Shown here piece after piece: positions 25,311 to 38,445 of a stretch of DNA of 64,000 bases (position 1 is its first letter; every line of letters begins with the position of its first letter). The stretch comes from Chiloscyllium plagiosum (lineage: Eukaryota). The position numbers and the translations under genes were made by a program. The stretch covers positions 5,837,904 through 5,901,903 of the forward strand of contig NC_057752.1 of NCBI RefSeq assembly GCF_004010195.1. Reading direction: 5' to 3'. The notes below the pieces were generated by a model. The model was not told the DNA's origin. It ran no database searches and saw nothing but the letters and a program-made list of their open reading frames with translations.

Positions 25311-25410
25311 GGGGCTCTTGTGGTACAATGGCAATGTCCCTACCTCTGAGACGGAAGATCCCAATTCAAATCCTACCCACCCTGGAGGTGTGTCTGAACA
25401 AGTTGATTTT
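25311..25410 (+). mobile_element. Short tRNA-derived SINE-like repeat
   Basis: TGGTACAATGG (A-box-like) and TTCAAATCC (B-box-like); reverse homologs at about 57470-57522 and 57765-57875. Confidence 0.5.
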
Positions 25411-27582
25411 TAAAAGTATATTTTCTAGCATTGGTATAACATTCAACTGTCTGGTATTTTAGCACAGCCATGAATTAGCCTGTTTGTTTCAAATGGGTTG
25501 TCTTCCAGATTGTGCAGAATAAACTGTGGAATGTGCCCAGTTGTGCCCAGAATCATCCATTGTCACCTGCGCATTTCAAATTTGGAAGTGCAAACCTAGA
25601 AATATTAGATCTGGGCATTGCGGCTCCATCATTATCGCTCACCCCCATCCCTTAATGTTCTTTGAGCATAATCAATAATGCAGCTAAAAAAATCCCCAAA
25701 CTGTTCTGAAGTGAGCCAGCCCATTCCTGCCTACCCCCCACTCCTCAGTTCCACTATATTTAAAGGATGAAATGCTGTTCTATATAAAAGAACTCTCAGC
25801 CTCTGTGCACTCTAACACAGTTTGCTTATGTTTTGTTCTGTTTCTGGATTCTGTGGGTGCTTAGACCAGTTTGAAGAAAAGTCGATTTGCATATAATTGG
25901 AGCTCATGATGAAGAATGTAACCTTTGAAATATAACAACACATTAAAAGAACAGAAAATGAAACACATATAATTGCTAGAGAGAAAAGATGATTTTCTCT
26001 TTTAAGTGTGGAACATTTTTTAGCTTAAAATTCACTTTGGAGCTTTTAATATTCCTGTTATTTGAAGCAAATTTTACTTCACTTTGATCGGAGCTGTGCA
26101 TATTGTAAAAATATGCTCCGACGCATATTTTTGGTAATGAGGCAAATTCTTCGCAGTATTTTGTTGAGTGAACTGAGATAAACAATACCTACAATTCCCC
26201 AAAATTGTTATTTTAAAAAGTTAATTAGCCAACAGTCATTTACAGATTATGCGGCTTTCTTCCCAGAAGATGAGAAGGCTACAATGAAAAATTAGAAGGC
26301 AATGAAAAATGTTTGTCCCACTGAGCAACCACAGTTTTATCAGATGTTCCTGTTCCTTTGAGGAGTAATCATCCAACACCAAAATTAGAAACAGATTTAG
26401 GCTCAGGCAGGGGTTTCAAACCACAACACAGAACATTTTGCTCATGTGCCAAGTCTGCACCATATAAAGTGATGGCCTCACCATGAAGGAACGGTGACCT
26501 CATTATTAACTGGATTCAAGCTCTGCGTAGGTATCCTGAGCTGACCCATATCATCACTTTTCACTAAAGCAAAGCAAACCAACACCCAGAAGGTTCCCTG
26601 TAAATGGCAAGAGCATGCAAATTTGCGACAGGTCTCCTTCCTAATTAAATGCACTTTTGCATTATTTGAGGGGACAACTGTCCTTCCTCAAGGCCTGTGC
26701 CCTGTTCCTTTTGGAAGGTGAAGGTCAGTGGTTTGGTAGCATATCACAGGTTGTGTTTTTTTTCTGGAGGTATTAATAGGCAGGTCAATGAAAAAACCAT
26801 ATGATTAGATTCACTGACAGACAATTGCTCATTCACATTAAAGTCAGACACAGGTAGAATGCACTTGGGAGCTTCAAATGGATTGGAGCTCTGTGCCCAT
26901 GTTCTACCTAGCATTAGGGCACCTCCTGGCGCTCGCCAGATTCATCATGCCTGGCTTAGTCACATTATCACTCTCAGCTAGAAAGTAGAACCAAGAACAT
27001 TTTAAGAGACAGAGGTTCACTTTACGCAACTTCCAGTGGCAAATCATGAATTAACACTGGCAATGCCTTTCCAATTATATTGTACTAATTCAATTAATGG
27101 GCAGAAAACAGTGCAATGTAATTAGGGAATACAAAGTCACTTTTATCAAGACATACTTCTCTGATCTTCTCTCTCTGGCTGCTCCCCGACCTCAAATCTG
27201 TTCTCCCACTTGTTCTTTCCCCTCCCTAACTCCCAACGAAGGGAAGATTCCTTACTCTGTCTCTTTTGTCAGGACCAAGTTCATTAAATTTCAAGGTATG
27301 CTCGATTGAACCTCCCAGAGACTGCTCACGAATTTCATTTTGGAACCTGTCCAGTGTTCAGAGACTGCTATGATCCTCAAGGCTCTCTGCTAACTTTATG
27401 ATCCCAGCTGATGGTTGCATTGAGTATTTGAAAGGTTTTTTAGTGCGAAGCCTAACAAGTTCTCTCAGATATCTTGCCGAAACCCACCTCATTAACTACC
27501 TACAGTGCCGCTGTAGCATTTCTCAGTTCCAATTTCCATCTCTTCTCACCATGTGCAGATCTCAGTACAACTCACCATTCAG

Positions 27583-27753
27583 GAGAAAGTGAGGACTGCA
27601 GATGCTGGAGATCAGAGTCGGGAGTGTGGTGCTGGAACAGCACAGCAGGTCAGGCAGCATCCGAGGAGGAGGAGAATTGACGCTTCAGGAATAAGCCCAT
27701 CTGCTCCTCGGATGCTGCCTGACCTGCTGTGCTTTTCCAGCACCACACTCTTG
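27583..27753. mobile_element. PLE family A hairpin insertion
   Basis: Inverted arms; 16-bp TSD ACAACTCA(C/T)CATTCAG at 27567-27582 and 27754-27769. Confidence 0.88.
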
Positions 27754-27759
27754 ACAACT

Positions 27760-28780
27760 CATCATTCAGTGAATATCCTGGAATTCACTGGCATCTCGTG
27801 TACACGTGCCATCTTTAAAAGCCTGAAGTGCACACAGGAAAATACTGTTAATCTGGAGCTACTCTAAACATTTGCCCCAAACATGGAAGAAAGAGGGAAA
27901 TCGGCACCCTGCCTTGTGGGCAGGGTTCAGAAGGTCCTGCTGGATAGTGTGGTACATAGGTGGGACGTCCTCTTCACCCAGCAGTGGAGGACACAATACC
28001 AGATCATGCCCAATCCGATCCAAAGGTACCAACCGGCTCAGTGCAGTCTCCGAATCTGGAGGAATGCTCAGCGCTGTAGGAAGAAGGTCAGTGACCTTCC
28101 CCACCCCACCAGTGTAAGTGCTGCCATCTTCTCTCTGATACCTCACACTCTCACTGTCTCTCTGCTCCTGTACCCACCTCCCACTCTCACTATTGGTGCA
28201 ATATCTTCCCTCACTCACTGTTATCCACCCCAACCCCCTGACATCGCTAACCCTGCATGTCCTCTGCCCTGCCCACTCACTCACTGAGGACACCTCCTCA
28301 TCTGGCACTCACATTCACCTCCTCAATACCTACCTCTTCCAGGAGGACAACAGCCTGCAAGAGGGCAGAAATAGTCAAGATGGGTGGTGTGCTGCCTGTC
28401 ATGTGACTCCTCACCCCTTATGTGGACAGCATCCTCACTCAAACTGCCCTAAGCAAGGCATTGACTGGTAGTGGAGACTGCCCTTGACTTATTGTGCTGG
28501 AAATCCCGCCTTTGTATCTACGCTAAATGGCATTGCTGGACAACAGTAAAAGAACTGATATGTCTGATGGAGGGAGCAAAGTGCAAAAAGGCAAGGAAAT
28601 ACAAGATGCTGTGAGCATCCAGGTAGGCTCAGAGTGAGTGAGTGCTATGGCAGCGAGTGGAATAGCCAGAGATGCAGTCTGGTCCAGTCCATTATCTCCA
28701 TCTGTCTCCCCTGAACACACAGTGTCCTTGCTGCATCATTACAATGATAATTTCCAGTGCAGCCCAAGTTGCAGTATTCA
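27760..28780 (+). mobile_element. PIF/Harbinger remnant with a Myb/SANT-like ORF
   Basis: MEERGKSAPCL...VLLDSV..RWDVLF...RNAQRCRKKVSDL resembles Harbinger Myb/SANT (NAIF1/MSANTD-like) proteins; right boundary uncertain. Confidence 0.65.
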
Positions 28781-28789
28781 GGGCTCCTG

Positions 28790-28900
28790 CCTGAAACATC
28801 GATTTTCCTGCTCCTCGGATGCTGCCTGACCTGGTGTGCGTTTCCAGCACCACTCTAATCTTGACTCTAATCTCCAGCATCTGCAGTCCTCACTTTCGCC
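28790..28900 (+). mobile_element. PLE family A 3' terminus, single arm
   Basis: GAAACATCGATTTTCCTGCTCC...CTGCAGTCCTCACTTTCGCC. Confidence 0.8.
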
Positions 28901-28904
28901 TTCC

Positions 28905-30015
28905 CCTTGATGAAGCTGTGCTGACTCAACCCTATTTTACCATGTACTTTCACGTACTCCACAACCTCATCCTCAATAATAGACTCTAAAATCTTACCAA
29001 CAACTGAGGCAAGGCTAATTGGCATATAGATTCCTTTCTTCTGCCTCCCTCCCTTCTTAAACAGAGTGTTACATTAGCCATTTTCGAGTCTCTGAGACCT
29101 TCCCTGACCCCAGTGATTCCTGAAAGACCACCACCAATGCCTCTACAATCTCCTCAGTTGTCTCCTACAGACTCCGGAGTGTAGTCTGTCAGGTCTGGGT
29201 GATTTATCCACATTCAGATCTTTCAGCCTCCCCAGCACCACACTCACCCCTGCCCCCTGACTATCTTGAAGTTCTGGTATGCTGCTGGTGCTTTCACTGT
29301 GAAGACTGATGCAAAGTACCAATTCAGTTCCTCCACCATTTCTTTGTTCCCTATCAATATTTTTGCAACCCCATTTTTCAGTAGTCCAATGTCCACTCTT
29401 GCCTCTCTCCTACCTTTGAAACATATAAAACAAATTCTTGTGATCTTTTATATTATAAGCTAGCTTACCTCATATATCTTCTTCCACCCCTTATTGCTTT
29501 TTTAGTTGTCCTCTACTGGTTTTTAAAGGCTTCCCAATCCTCTGGCTTCCCACTAATCTTCACCACATTGTATGATTTTTCTTCTGCTTTTATGCTGTCC
29601 TTGACTTCCCTTGTCAGCCATGGTTGCCTCATCCTCCCCTTAGTATGTTTCTTCTTCCTTGGGATGAATTTCTGCTCTGCCTCCTGAATTACCCCCAGAA
29701 ACTCCTGCCATTGCTGCTCCACCATCTCCCCTGTTCGACTCCCCTTCCAATCACCTCTGGCCAGCTCCTGTCTCTTGCCTCTGTAATTACTGTACCTGTA
29801 CCCAATTATAGTAATGTTCCATCTGATTCTAGTTTCTCCCTCTCAAACTGCAGGGTGAATTCTATCATTTTCTGGTCACCATCCCCAATGGATTCCTTCA
29901 CCTAATCAAGTCTGCTTTGTTACACATCATCAAATCCAGAATTGCCCGTTCCCTAGGGGGCTCTATCACAAGTTGCTCCAAAGACCATCTTGTAGACATT
30001 CCACAAATTCCTTTC
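28905..30015 (-). mobile_element. CR1 LINE internal fragment
   Basis: EQLVIEPPRERAILDL; QEAEQKFIP; PWLTREVKDSIKA. Confidence 0.85.
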
Positions 30016-30203
30016 CTTGAGATGAAGATGAAGTGAGATGATCTCAACATCGAGATGGGGGCTTGCTGCACTTGTTGCTTGATCCTACTACACATCCCAC
30101 CACAGCTGACATCACTCAGATCCTTCTCGGGTTCTTCAGTTTTCTTTTTCTCTTTGTTTGCTGTGGTGGTCAGTCAATGGAAATATTCACAAGAGGCTGC
30201 CAA

Positions 30204-30957
30204 TGTCCTTTTAACAACATAGCATAAACATTTATTATGCAAAAGAAAATCCAACCATATCACTATTCAAGAACTATTTCAACAATCTCATTCCAAAGTC
30301 AGAAAGAAAAGTTCACTCTTTTTATGCCAGCATTGACCTCACAGAAAGTCAAACCTTACCTGATCTACATGCGGAAGTTCTGGATCAGCTGGCACAGCTG
30401 TGATCAATTTCCTTTCAGCAAATTTCTGCACGTTCACTCAATGATATTTTCTTCAGTCGACGTTTCTCCGATACCCTGAAAATAAGCCAAGAGTGCAGCT
30501 CACTTATTACTTAATATGAGCTCCCAAATTCAAATCTTAAACAGCCTTGTATGATGTCTTTGTTCTTGACAGCTCCAGAGCCTTCTGTTCCTGCAGCTTT
30601 CTCCTCCCTGACTTCCAGTTCTCAGGACATCTCCCCAAACCCGACTGCTTGGAGATTGCTAACAATAGCCCTTCTGCTCACCGTAATCTGGTTCTGGTCC
30701 TTTCATCCCCTCCCTCCTCTCCCTCTCTCTGGCTGCTGTAGAACTTAAGTCAGCAAATGCCTCCCAGGTGGCTAGCTGGTCACTTATCTAGAATCACATG
30801 ACTTCTTGTCAATGCAGTTTTGTGCACAGTGTTCAAAATGACTTTCTGACTCTTAAACAAAATGTCTGAACTTCACAGAACTGAAAAACCAAAATCCATT
30901 TTCCTCCATTTTGAATGCAACCTCTCAGATAATATTAAATATTGTCAACCTTCACAA
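30204..30957 (-). mobile_element. Possible Gypsy-type LTR with a PBS-like TGG
   Basis: Minus strand begins TGTGAAGG, has AATAAA about 27 bp before ACA, and is followed by T-TGGCAGCC. Confidence 0.3.
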
Positions 30958-31009
30958 CATAATGTTAACAGTTACTCAGCACGTGAATGCCAGGATCTGG
31001 TGCATTAGG

Positions 31010-31345
31010 GAGGCAGCAGTATAATGGTCATGTCACTGGACTAGAAATCTAGGCTCCAGGTTAATGTTCTGGGGACATGGGATTTGAATCCCACCATGAC
31101 GGGTGGTGAAATTTGAATATGATAAAAATGTGGAATAAAAATGGTAACACTGGTGATTATCATGAGAACCCATCTCTCATACCTTTTGCGAAGGAAATCT
31201 ACTGCCCTTACTTGGTCTGGTCGACATGTGACTTCAGGCCCACAGCAATGCAGTTGACACTTAAATGCCATCTGGGCAATTAGGAATGGGCAATAAATGC
31301 TGCTCTAGCCAGCAGTGCCCACATCCCATGAACAAATTTTAAAAA
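31010..31345 (+). mobile_element. Second-family tRNA SINE
   Basis: tRNA-like head (TTGAATCCC); tail GGGCAATTAGGAATGGGCAATAAATGCTG..GCCCACATCCCATGAA. Confidence 0.75.
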
Positions 31346-31584
31346 AAGGTCCTAATTTCTTCACCAAAAAATGCAAATACATGGAGTAGGAGTAGCCCCT
31401 TGAACTTGCTCTTCCATTCAATAAGATCATTGATCGGTTTGTGTCTTCACAACTCCACATTCACCTTACCTCCAATGGACTTTCTTGTTGTCAAGAGTCT
31501 AACTCCTTTGATCTTTGAAATGTTCAATGACCCTGCCACTGGGAGCTATCAGTGTTACAGAAGTAATTAATAAACTGCAATGAC

Positions 31585-31925
31585 AGTTAACCCTAACTAT
31601 CTCTGGAATCTTCTCTAGCCCCACCACAGCACTCCTAGATAGCTGTGCTCCTGCAACTCTGGTCTCTTGAGTATTGCTGATCTTAATTGTTCCACCATTG
31701 GCCGCTGTGTCTTCCCCTGCCTCATCTCTAAACTCCAGAATTCCCTCCCTAAATCTCTCAACCTCACTACATTGCTTACCTCCTTTAAGACACTCCTTAA
31801 AACCTACCTCTTTGACCAAGATTTGGTTACCTGGCTATCTCCTTATGTGGCTCAGTGTCATTGTGAAGCACCATGGGATGGTTCATGGCATTAAAGGTGC
31901 CATTTAAATATAAGTTGTTGTTGGT
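31585..31925 (+). mobile_element. L2-like LINE 3' end
   Basis: IGRCVFPCL..KLQNSLP..SFKTLLKTYLFDQ; tail TTAAAGGTGC..TAAATATAAGTTGTTG. Confidence 0.7.
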
Positions 31926-32764
31926 TTCTCATCAGGATGGTCGCAATGTACTGGATGTTTTGAAACTTCAAGTCTGTCTGGCAACTAGACTTCAAATCAT
32001 TGGACATTGCAGCTCTCCGTCTGCTTTGTAAAAGAGGAGGGTGAGCTGCCTTGCAACATGCAAAAAGCAAGATGGAGCATTTTTGTCTTTGCCTTCAGGA
32101 CCTTTTCAAAGCATTTCAGCTTCTTGTGCATGTGATACAAAACACAGCATTTTCCAAAATGATGCTGTGTTGCACAGAGGCCTTCGGATTTCTTGCTAAC
32201 TGTGTGAGGCACAGAAAGAGGGGCATGCAACAGTCGCCGTTTCTGCCTGTGTTGCCTTCAAGAAAACAACCCATCAAATTATGACAAGTCTGAGAGTGGG
32301 GGAGAACTTCATACTATTCAAAGCTCTTGGTTTTGGCAAAATTCAGAATGTAGGTTGCCCCATCATGACTGTAGGTTAAAGCTCTGGATTGTATAACAGA
32401 GCAAGATATTAAGTTGGGAAAAACACTTTGTTTGCCTTCAAAAACGATTAGGGCTTTTCTTTGGATCTGAATGATTCACCTTTGACAAAGTTAGTGAGAT
32501 TAAGTGAGATTTTGCTCCACAACACTTTCTACGTTCACTACTCAAAATGCTTGAGAGTATCCAAAATGTATTTAACACAAAAATATCCAACACATTACCT
32601 TGAAATAATGGCCACGGTTAATCAATTAAAAATAGCTGCCAATCTCAGAGATGACAGCAACACGCTAGTGGTTTCTCAGCAAAAGAAAAAAAATCAACCA
32701 TACCTACATTCCAAATCAGAAACTCCCATTTCAAAGTGTTTGGAACATATGAACAGGAGTTGGC

Positions 32765-33190
32765 CATTCAGCCCATCAAATGTCTGCCTTGCCTTTTCAG
32801 TACAATCATGGCTGATCAAACACGTCCATATCTTTTACCCACTCCATCCCCATAATCCTGTAAACCACTGGTAATCAGAAATGTATTATCTCCACCTTAA
32901 ACTTACTCAAAGACTGAGCTTTCACAGCCCTCTGTGGTAGAAAATTCCAAAGGTTCACAGCCCTCTCAATAAAATGCTTTCTCCTCATCTCTGACCTAAG
33001 TGGCATGAACTTTATTTTTAAATTGTCACTCCTGGTTCTTGTGTCCCCAACAAGGGGAAATATTTTATCTGTGTTTACCCTGTCTATCCCTTTAAGTCTT
33101 TTGAAAAGTTTGAATGAGATCACCTCTCATTCTTCAAAACTTTAGAGAATACAGGCCCTGTGTCTCTTCATAGAATAGTCTGACCATAGC
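32765..33190 (-). mobile_element. CR1 3' fragment
   Basis: KIFPLVGDTRTR..VNLWNFLPQRAV. Confidence 0.8.
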
Positions 33191-33196
33191 AGAATA

Positions 33197-34212
33197 AGGC
33201 AAAAGTGAGGACTGCAGATGCTGGAAACCAGAGTTTAGATCAGAGTGGTGCTGGAAAAGCACAGCAGGTCAGGCAGCATCCGAGGAGCAGGAAAATCGAC
33301 GTTTCGGGCAAAAGCCCTTCATCAGGAATAGAGGCAGGTAGCCTCCAGGGTGGAGAGAAGGTAGCAAAGAGTACAATAGGTGAATGGGGGTGGGGATGGA
33401 GGTGATAGGTCAGAGAGGAGGGTGGGGGAAGGTAGCAAAGAGTACAGGACTACAAGGAACCCCGCACCACCCGATTCTACCTCCTTCCCAAGATCCACAA
33501 GCCTGACCACCTCAGCCGACCCATTGTCTCAGCCTGCCCCTGCCCCACCGAACTCATCTCCACCTACCTCGATATTGTCCTGTCCCCACTAGTCCAGGAA
33601 CCCCCCACATACATTCTAGACACGACCCACGCCCTCCACCTCCTCCAAGACTTCCGTTTCCCCGGCCCCCAACGCCTCATCTTCACCATGGATATCCAAT
33701 CCCTCTACACCTCCACCCGCCATGACCAGGGCCTCCAAGCCCTCCGTTTTTTCCTCTCCAGACGTTCCCAACAGTACCCCTCCACCGACACTCTCATTCG
33801 TTTGGCCGAACTGGCCCTCACCCTTAACAATTTCTCCTTTGAATCCTCCCAATTCCTCCAGACCAAAGGGGTAGCCATGGGCACACATATGGGCCCCAGC
33901 TATGCCTGTCTCTTTGTTGGCTAAGTAGAGCAGTTGATCTTCCGTAATTACACCGGCACCACTCCCCACCTCTTCCTCCGCTACATTGATGACTGCATTG
34001 GCGCCACCTCGTGCTCCCGCGAGGAGGTTGAGCAATTCATCAACTTCACCAACACATTCCACCCTGACCTTAAATTTACCTGGACCATCTCTGACACCTC
34101 CCTCCCCCTCCTGGACCTCCCCATCTCCATCAGTGATGACCGACTTGACACTGACATCTTCTACAAACCCACCAACTCCCACAGCTACCTGGATTACACC
34201 ACTTCCCACCCT
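33197..34212 (+). mobile_element. Penelope-like element family A: inverted terminus (33197-33445) joined to an RT fragment
   Basis: FYLLPKIHKP, RPIVS, MDIQSLYTS, KGVAMGTHMGPSYACLFVG, FLRYIDDCIG; truncated by the L1 at about 34213. Confidence 0.92.
33294..33329 (-). ncRNA. Minimal type-I hammerhead ribozyme motif (family A, intact)
   Basis: Reverse complement reads ATTC-CTGATGA-A-GGGC-tttt-GCCC-GAAACGTC-GATT. Confidence 0.78.
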
Positions 34213-34487
34213 AATGGTTAGCTGCCTATTTATGGACAGTTTGGGATGGGTAGTAGCCCCCTCTGGGCAGGGGATGAGTTCACCTACTCAGCGCTATTGG
34301 CGCTTTATATGTTGGTTTGTTTTCTGTTTTTTGTTGTTTTTTATTTTTAATAATTTCTTATGTTTGTTAAATGTAGTGGTTTTAGTTTATGTAGTTTTTA
34401 TATTTGGTGGACCATGTGACACTAAGGTTCAGCAATTTGTGGTTCGGGTTCCTCCTCTCTGGAATTTAAATGTAATTGCAGATGATT

Positions 34488-37400
34488 ATGGCTAATGATT
34501 TGATTAAATGGTGTACCTGGAATATCAAGGGAAGTCACTCACCAATTAAGAGGAAAAAGGTACTCTTGAGTCTTAGAAAGGAGAAGGTGGATATTGCTTT
34601 GTTACAGGAGACACATTTGGATGACAAGGAGCATCTGAAATTACAGCAGAATGGCTTTGACCGAGTTTATTTTTCATCATTCAATACCAGCAGTAGGGGA
34701 GTGGCTATATTGGTTAGGAAAAGTCTCTCATTTAAATTGTTGGAATGTGTTAAAGATACATACGGGAGGTTTGTAATTCTTAAAGCCTTGATAAATGGGG
34801 AAGAATATGGCATTTTAAATATTTATTGTCCCCCCAGCTCATCCTCTTAAATTCTTGGTAGATGCTTTTTCTAAAATGATAAGTCTCAAGTCTCAGCACA
34901 TCATTATAGGTGGAGATTTTAACTGCCTTATGGACCCCACAGTAGACAGGTTGCCTAAAGGTCCCTCGATACCCTCTGCACAAACTAAACAGTTATTGGG
35001 TTTGTGTGGGGAATTAGGATTGGTGGACGTCTGGAGGTGTCTCCATCCTACAGGTAGGGATTTTACGTTTTTCTCCGATCCACATAGATGTCACACGAGG
35101 ATTGATTTTTTTCTGACCCCTGCGGTAACCCTGGATCTGGTGGCATCCTGTACGATTGGTAATATTGCCATCTATGATCATGCTCCAGTGTACCTCATGG
35201 TTAAAATTAAGGATGTTACAGTGGATTCAAGGTACTGACAAATGGACCCCTTTATTCTCATGGACAGTAAGTTTGTGGAGTATTTCTCGAGGGAATTTCG
35301 GGCATTCCTAGACATCAACATAAGCTCGAATGTTAGCTCATCTGTTCTCTGGGAAACTGCCAAAGCTTATGCCAGGGGGTTAGTTATTTCATATTCCACC
35401 AGTAGGAAGCGGCAGAAGGGTGAGCAGCAATGCCTCCTTGAAGCACGGTTGAAGGCCTATTTTGATAGACCCTCGTTGGTCAAACTACAGAGGATTACGG
35501 CACTGCGGTCTACACTAAATTCCGTGCTTACGCAGACGGCAAAGAAGGAGCTGGCTTTTGCAAAGCAAAGGTTATACAAGCATGGTGACAAGCCAGGCAA
35601 ATACCTAGTATACCTTGCCAGAAAGAGAAGTGCCCCACAAACCATTACAGCGATTAGGGAAGGGTCTGGGAACCTAACATGTGATTCTAAAAAGATTAAT
35701 GTGGTGTTCCAGAGATTCTACTCTAAGTTATATCAGTCTGAGAATTGTGAGGAGGGGCAGGCCAAAATGGAATCCTTTTTTAGAGATCTGAAACTCCCAG
35801 GTGTGACTCCCGAACAACGGTCCTTTCTCAATGCCCCACTATCAGAGCAAGAAGTGCAGGAAACTGTGACGCAACTTCAGAGTGGAAAGGCGCCCGGTCC
35901 TGATGGACTTCCCAGTGAATTCTATAAGGAATTTATAAGTATACTGTCAGGCCCAATGCTGAATATGTTTAATNNNNNNNNNNNNNNNNNNNNNNNNNNN
36001 NNNNNNNNNNNNNNNNNNNNNNNNNNNNNNNNNNNNNNNNNNNNNNNNNNNNNNNNNNNNNNNNNNNNNNNNNNNNNNNNNNNNNNNNNNNNNNNNNNNN
36101 NNNNNNNNNNNNNNNNNNNNNNNNNNNNNNNNNNNNNNNNNNNNNNNNNNNNNNNNNNNNNNNNNNNNNNNNNNNNNNNNNNNNNNNNNNNNNNNNNNNN
36201 NNNNNNNNNNNNNNNNNNNNNNNNNNNNNNNNNNNNNNNNNNNNNNNNNNNNNNNNNNNNNNNNATAAGATCTCGCTGTATGCAGATGATGTTCGAATTT
36301 TCTTGACAAATCCAGCAGTCTCAGTGCCTTGCCTGATACAATGCATTCACGCGTTTGGCGCTTTTTCAGGGTATAAGATTAATTTTGCTAAATCAGAGGC
36401 TATGCCTATGGGTGGTCTTACGAAAGAGTTGGCTCTTGAGAGTGACTATAGATTCCCATTTAGGTGGTCACAGGGGGGTTTTGTGTATTTGGGCATATTC
36501 ATTACTCCAGTTCTGGACTGGCTGTTCAAAGCCAATTTTACTCAATTATTTGAAAAAATTAAACAGGATCTTCAAAGATGGGAGGCACTTCCGGTCTCAT
36601 GGTTGGGTCAGATAGTGCTTATTAAGATGAATATTCTCCCTCGTTTGCTCTCCCCTATACGGATGGTCCCACTGATTTTCAATAAACAAACACTCAGGAG
36701 ACTGAACGGTTGGTTCAGCTCCTTTATCTGGCACCGTAAACGGCCCCTCAATAAATTAGCCAACTGCAGTTGCCTCACAGATTGGGGGGAGTAGACCTTC
36801 CGGACATTTAAAAATGACTAATTAAGTTCGCTTTTGACCTACGTGAGTGATTGGGTTCGTGGGGATCCTCTTTCACTATGGCTAGATATCAAAGCCTCCC
36901 AGGCAAGGTGCCCCCTTACCAGTTTGCTGTTTTTGGACAAGGTGAGGACAGTTAGGGAATATTGCCATAACCCAATAGTCATCAATACAGTTAAAGCATG
37001 GAGGGCAATTTGGCAGAGGGAAGGTAATATTGGCAAAACACCTTTGTTTATACCTTAGTGGGTATGTTGGGTTTTCAACTGGGTCTGATAGATTCAGGAT
37101 TTAAATGTTGGGCAGCTAGGGGTATATCTTGCATGGGTGATTTATTTGAGGGAGATGTAATGATGTCCTTCAATCAGTTAGTACGGAAGTACGAGTTATC
37201 TACTAGAGACCTCTTTCGTTTTTTTCAAGTTAGGGATTTTATTTAAAAAAACCCACATTTTTGACTGATCCCTACAAATCTGACATAGAAAGAGAGGTAC
37301 TAAGGGCTAAGAGCACACTCTCTGTCAGTACTTTATATCACTAATTGGGGGGTGCCACCTCAGATGAGTCTGATCGACTCTGCAAGATGTGGGAAAGAGA

Positions 37401-37960
37401 GCTGGGTGTTGAAGTTTTTTCAGAGGCATGGGAGGATATTTGGGAGAATGCAAGGAAGATATCAATTTGCAATAGGACCCATGCTTTACAGCTGAAGATT
37501 CTTCACAGGGTCTACTTAGCCCCAGACCATTTGTCAAAGGGGTATCTTCAGCATGTCCCAAGTGCAAGGTCTGTACGGGTACTCTTACCCATTGTCTTTG
37601 GTCTTGTGACAGGCTTCAAACATATTGGAGCGCTGTGGTGGGTGCAATGGAGAGGATTTTAGGTGTAGGGGTGGAGAAGGACCCTATTTCTCTCCTTTTG
37701 GGCCTACCCATTGTATTTCCTGCAGAATCGCATAAGAAAACACTTTTCAATATTCTTATGTTCTGTGTAAGGAAGAATATCTTGCTAGGTTGGATATCCG
37801 AAAAAACCCCAGGCCTGTCGGGTTGGCGGAGCATATTCCCTTGGATTTTCTCTCAAATATGGTACACCACAAAACTGAGAATTTTTACAAGACATGGCAA
37901 CCCTTTTTGAAATACCTGGACACAGATTTATCTGCCACACTAACAAGGGCTTTTATATAG
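34488..37960 (+). pseudogene. L1 ORF2 (endonuclease and RT), disrupted, spans an N gap
   Basis: Multiple frameshifts and stops; ends WQPFLKYLDTDLSATLTRAFI*. Confidence 0.9.
35974..36264. other. Assembly gap
   Basis: Run of N. Confidence 1.
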
Positions 37961-38295
37961 CCGTAATGCTTGTGTTTCATGAGTCCAATATCCAGGGAAG
38001 AGGAACTGTGAATGTATGAGTGTTTTCTTTGGCTGGGCTGAGTTATTACTATTTATTTATTTGTTGTTAGGTATTTATTTATTTAGTTAAATAGCTAGTT
38101 TAGTTTTTTTTAAGTTTTATACTTTCTCTATATATGTTTATACATTCGTATAGGAGGGTGGGTTGGGGAATTTGTTTTATTATTTGGGTTTAGTTTTGTA
38201 CTATTTTTGTACTGTTTTGAATTGCATTGTTTTGTATTTGTTGTAATATTTAAAAATCTATTTTTTCTTAATAAAAATATATTATTAATTTTTTT

Positions 38296-38445
38296 TTTAA
38301 AAAGGCATCTGGATGGGTATATGAATTGGAAGGGTTTAGAGTGATATGGGCCAAATGCTGGCAAATGGGACTAGATTAATTTAGCATATCTGGTTAGTGT
38401 GGATGAGTTGTACTGAAGGATTGGCTTCTGGGCTGTACATCTCTG
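38296..38445 (+). mobile_element. CR1 3' end fragment
   Basis: TTTAAAAAGGCATCTGGATGGGTATATGAA and tail. Confidence 0.85.

Larger units (their letters stand above)
34213..38285 (+). mobile_element. 5'-truncated L1-clade LINE (inter-ORF region, ORF2, 3' UTR)
   Basis: Endonuclease motifs TWNIKG, LQETH, GGDFN, TRIDFF; RT motifs KAPGPDG, LYADD, YLGI; C-terminal cysteine-rich region; AATAAA at about 38270. Confidence 0.95.

Noticed and set aside
35974..36264. Apparent deletion in the L1 RT domain (gap shorter than the expected missing sequence)
   Set aside because: N-run lengths are assembly estimates and cannot be interpreted
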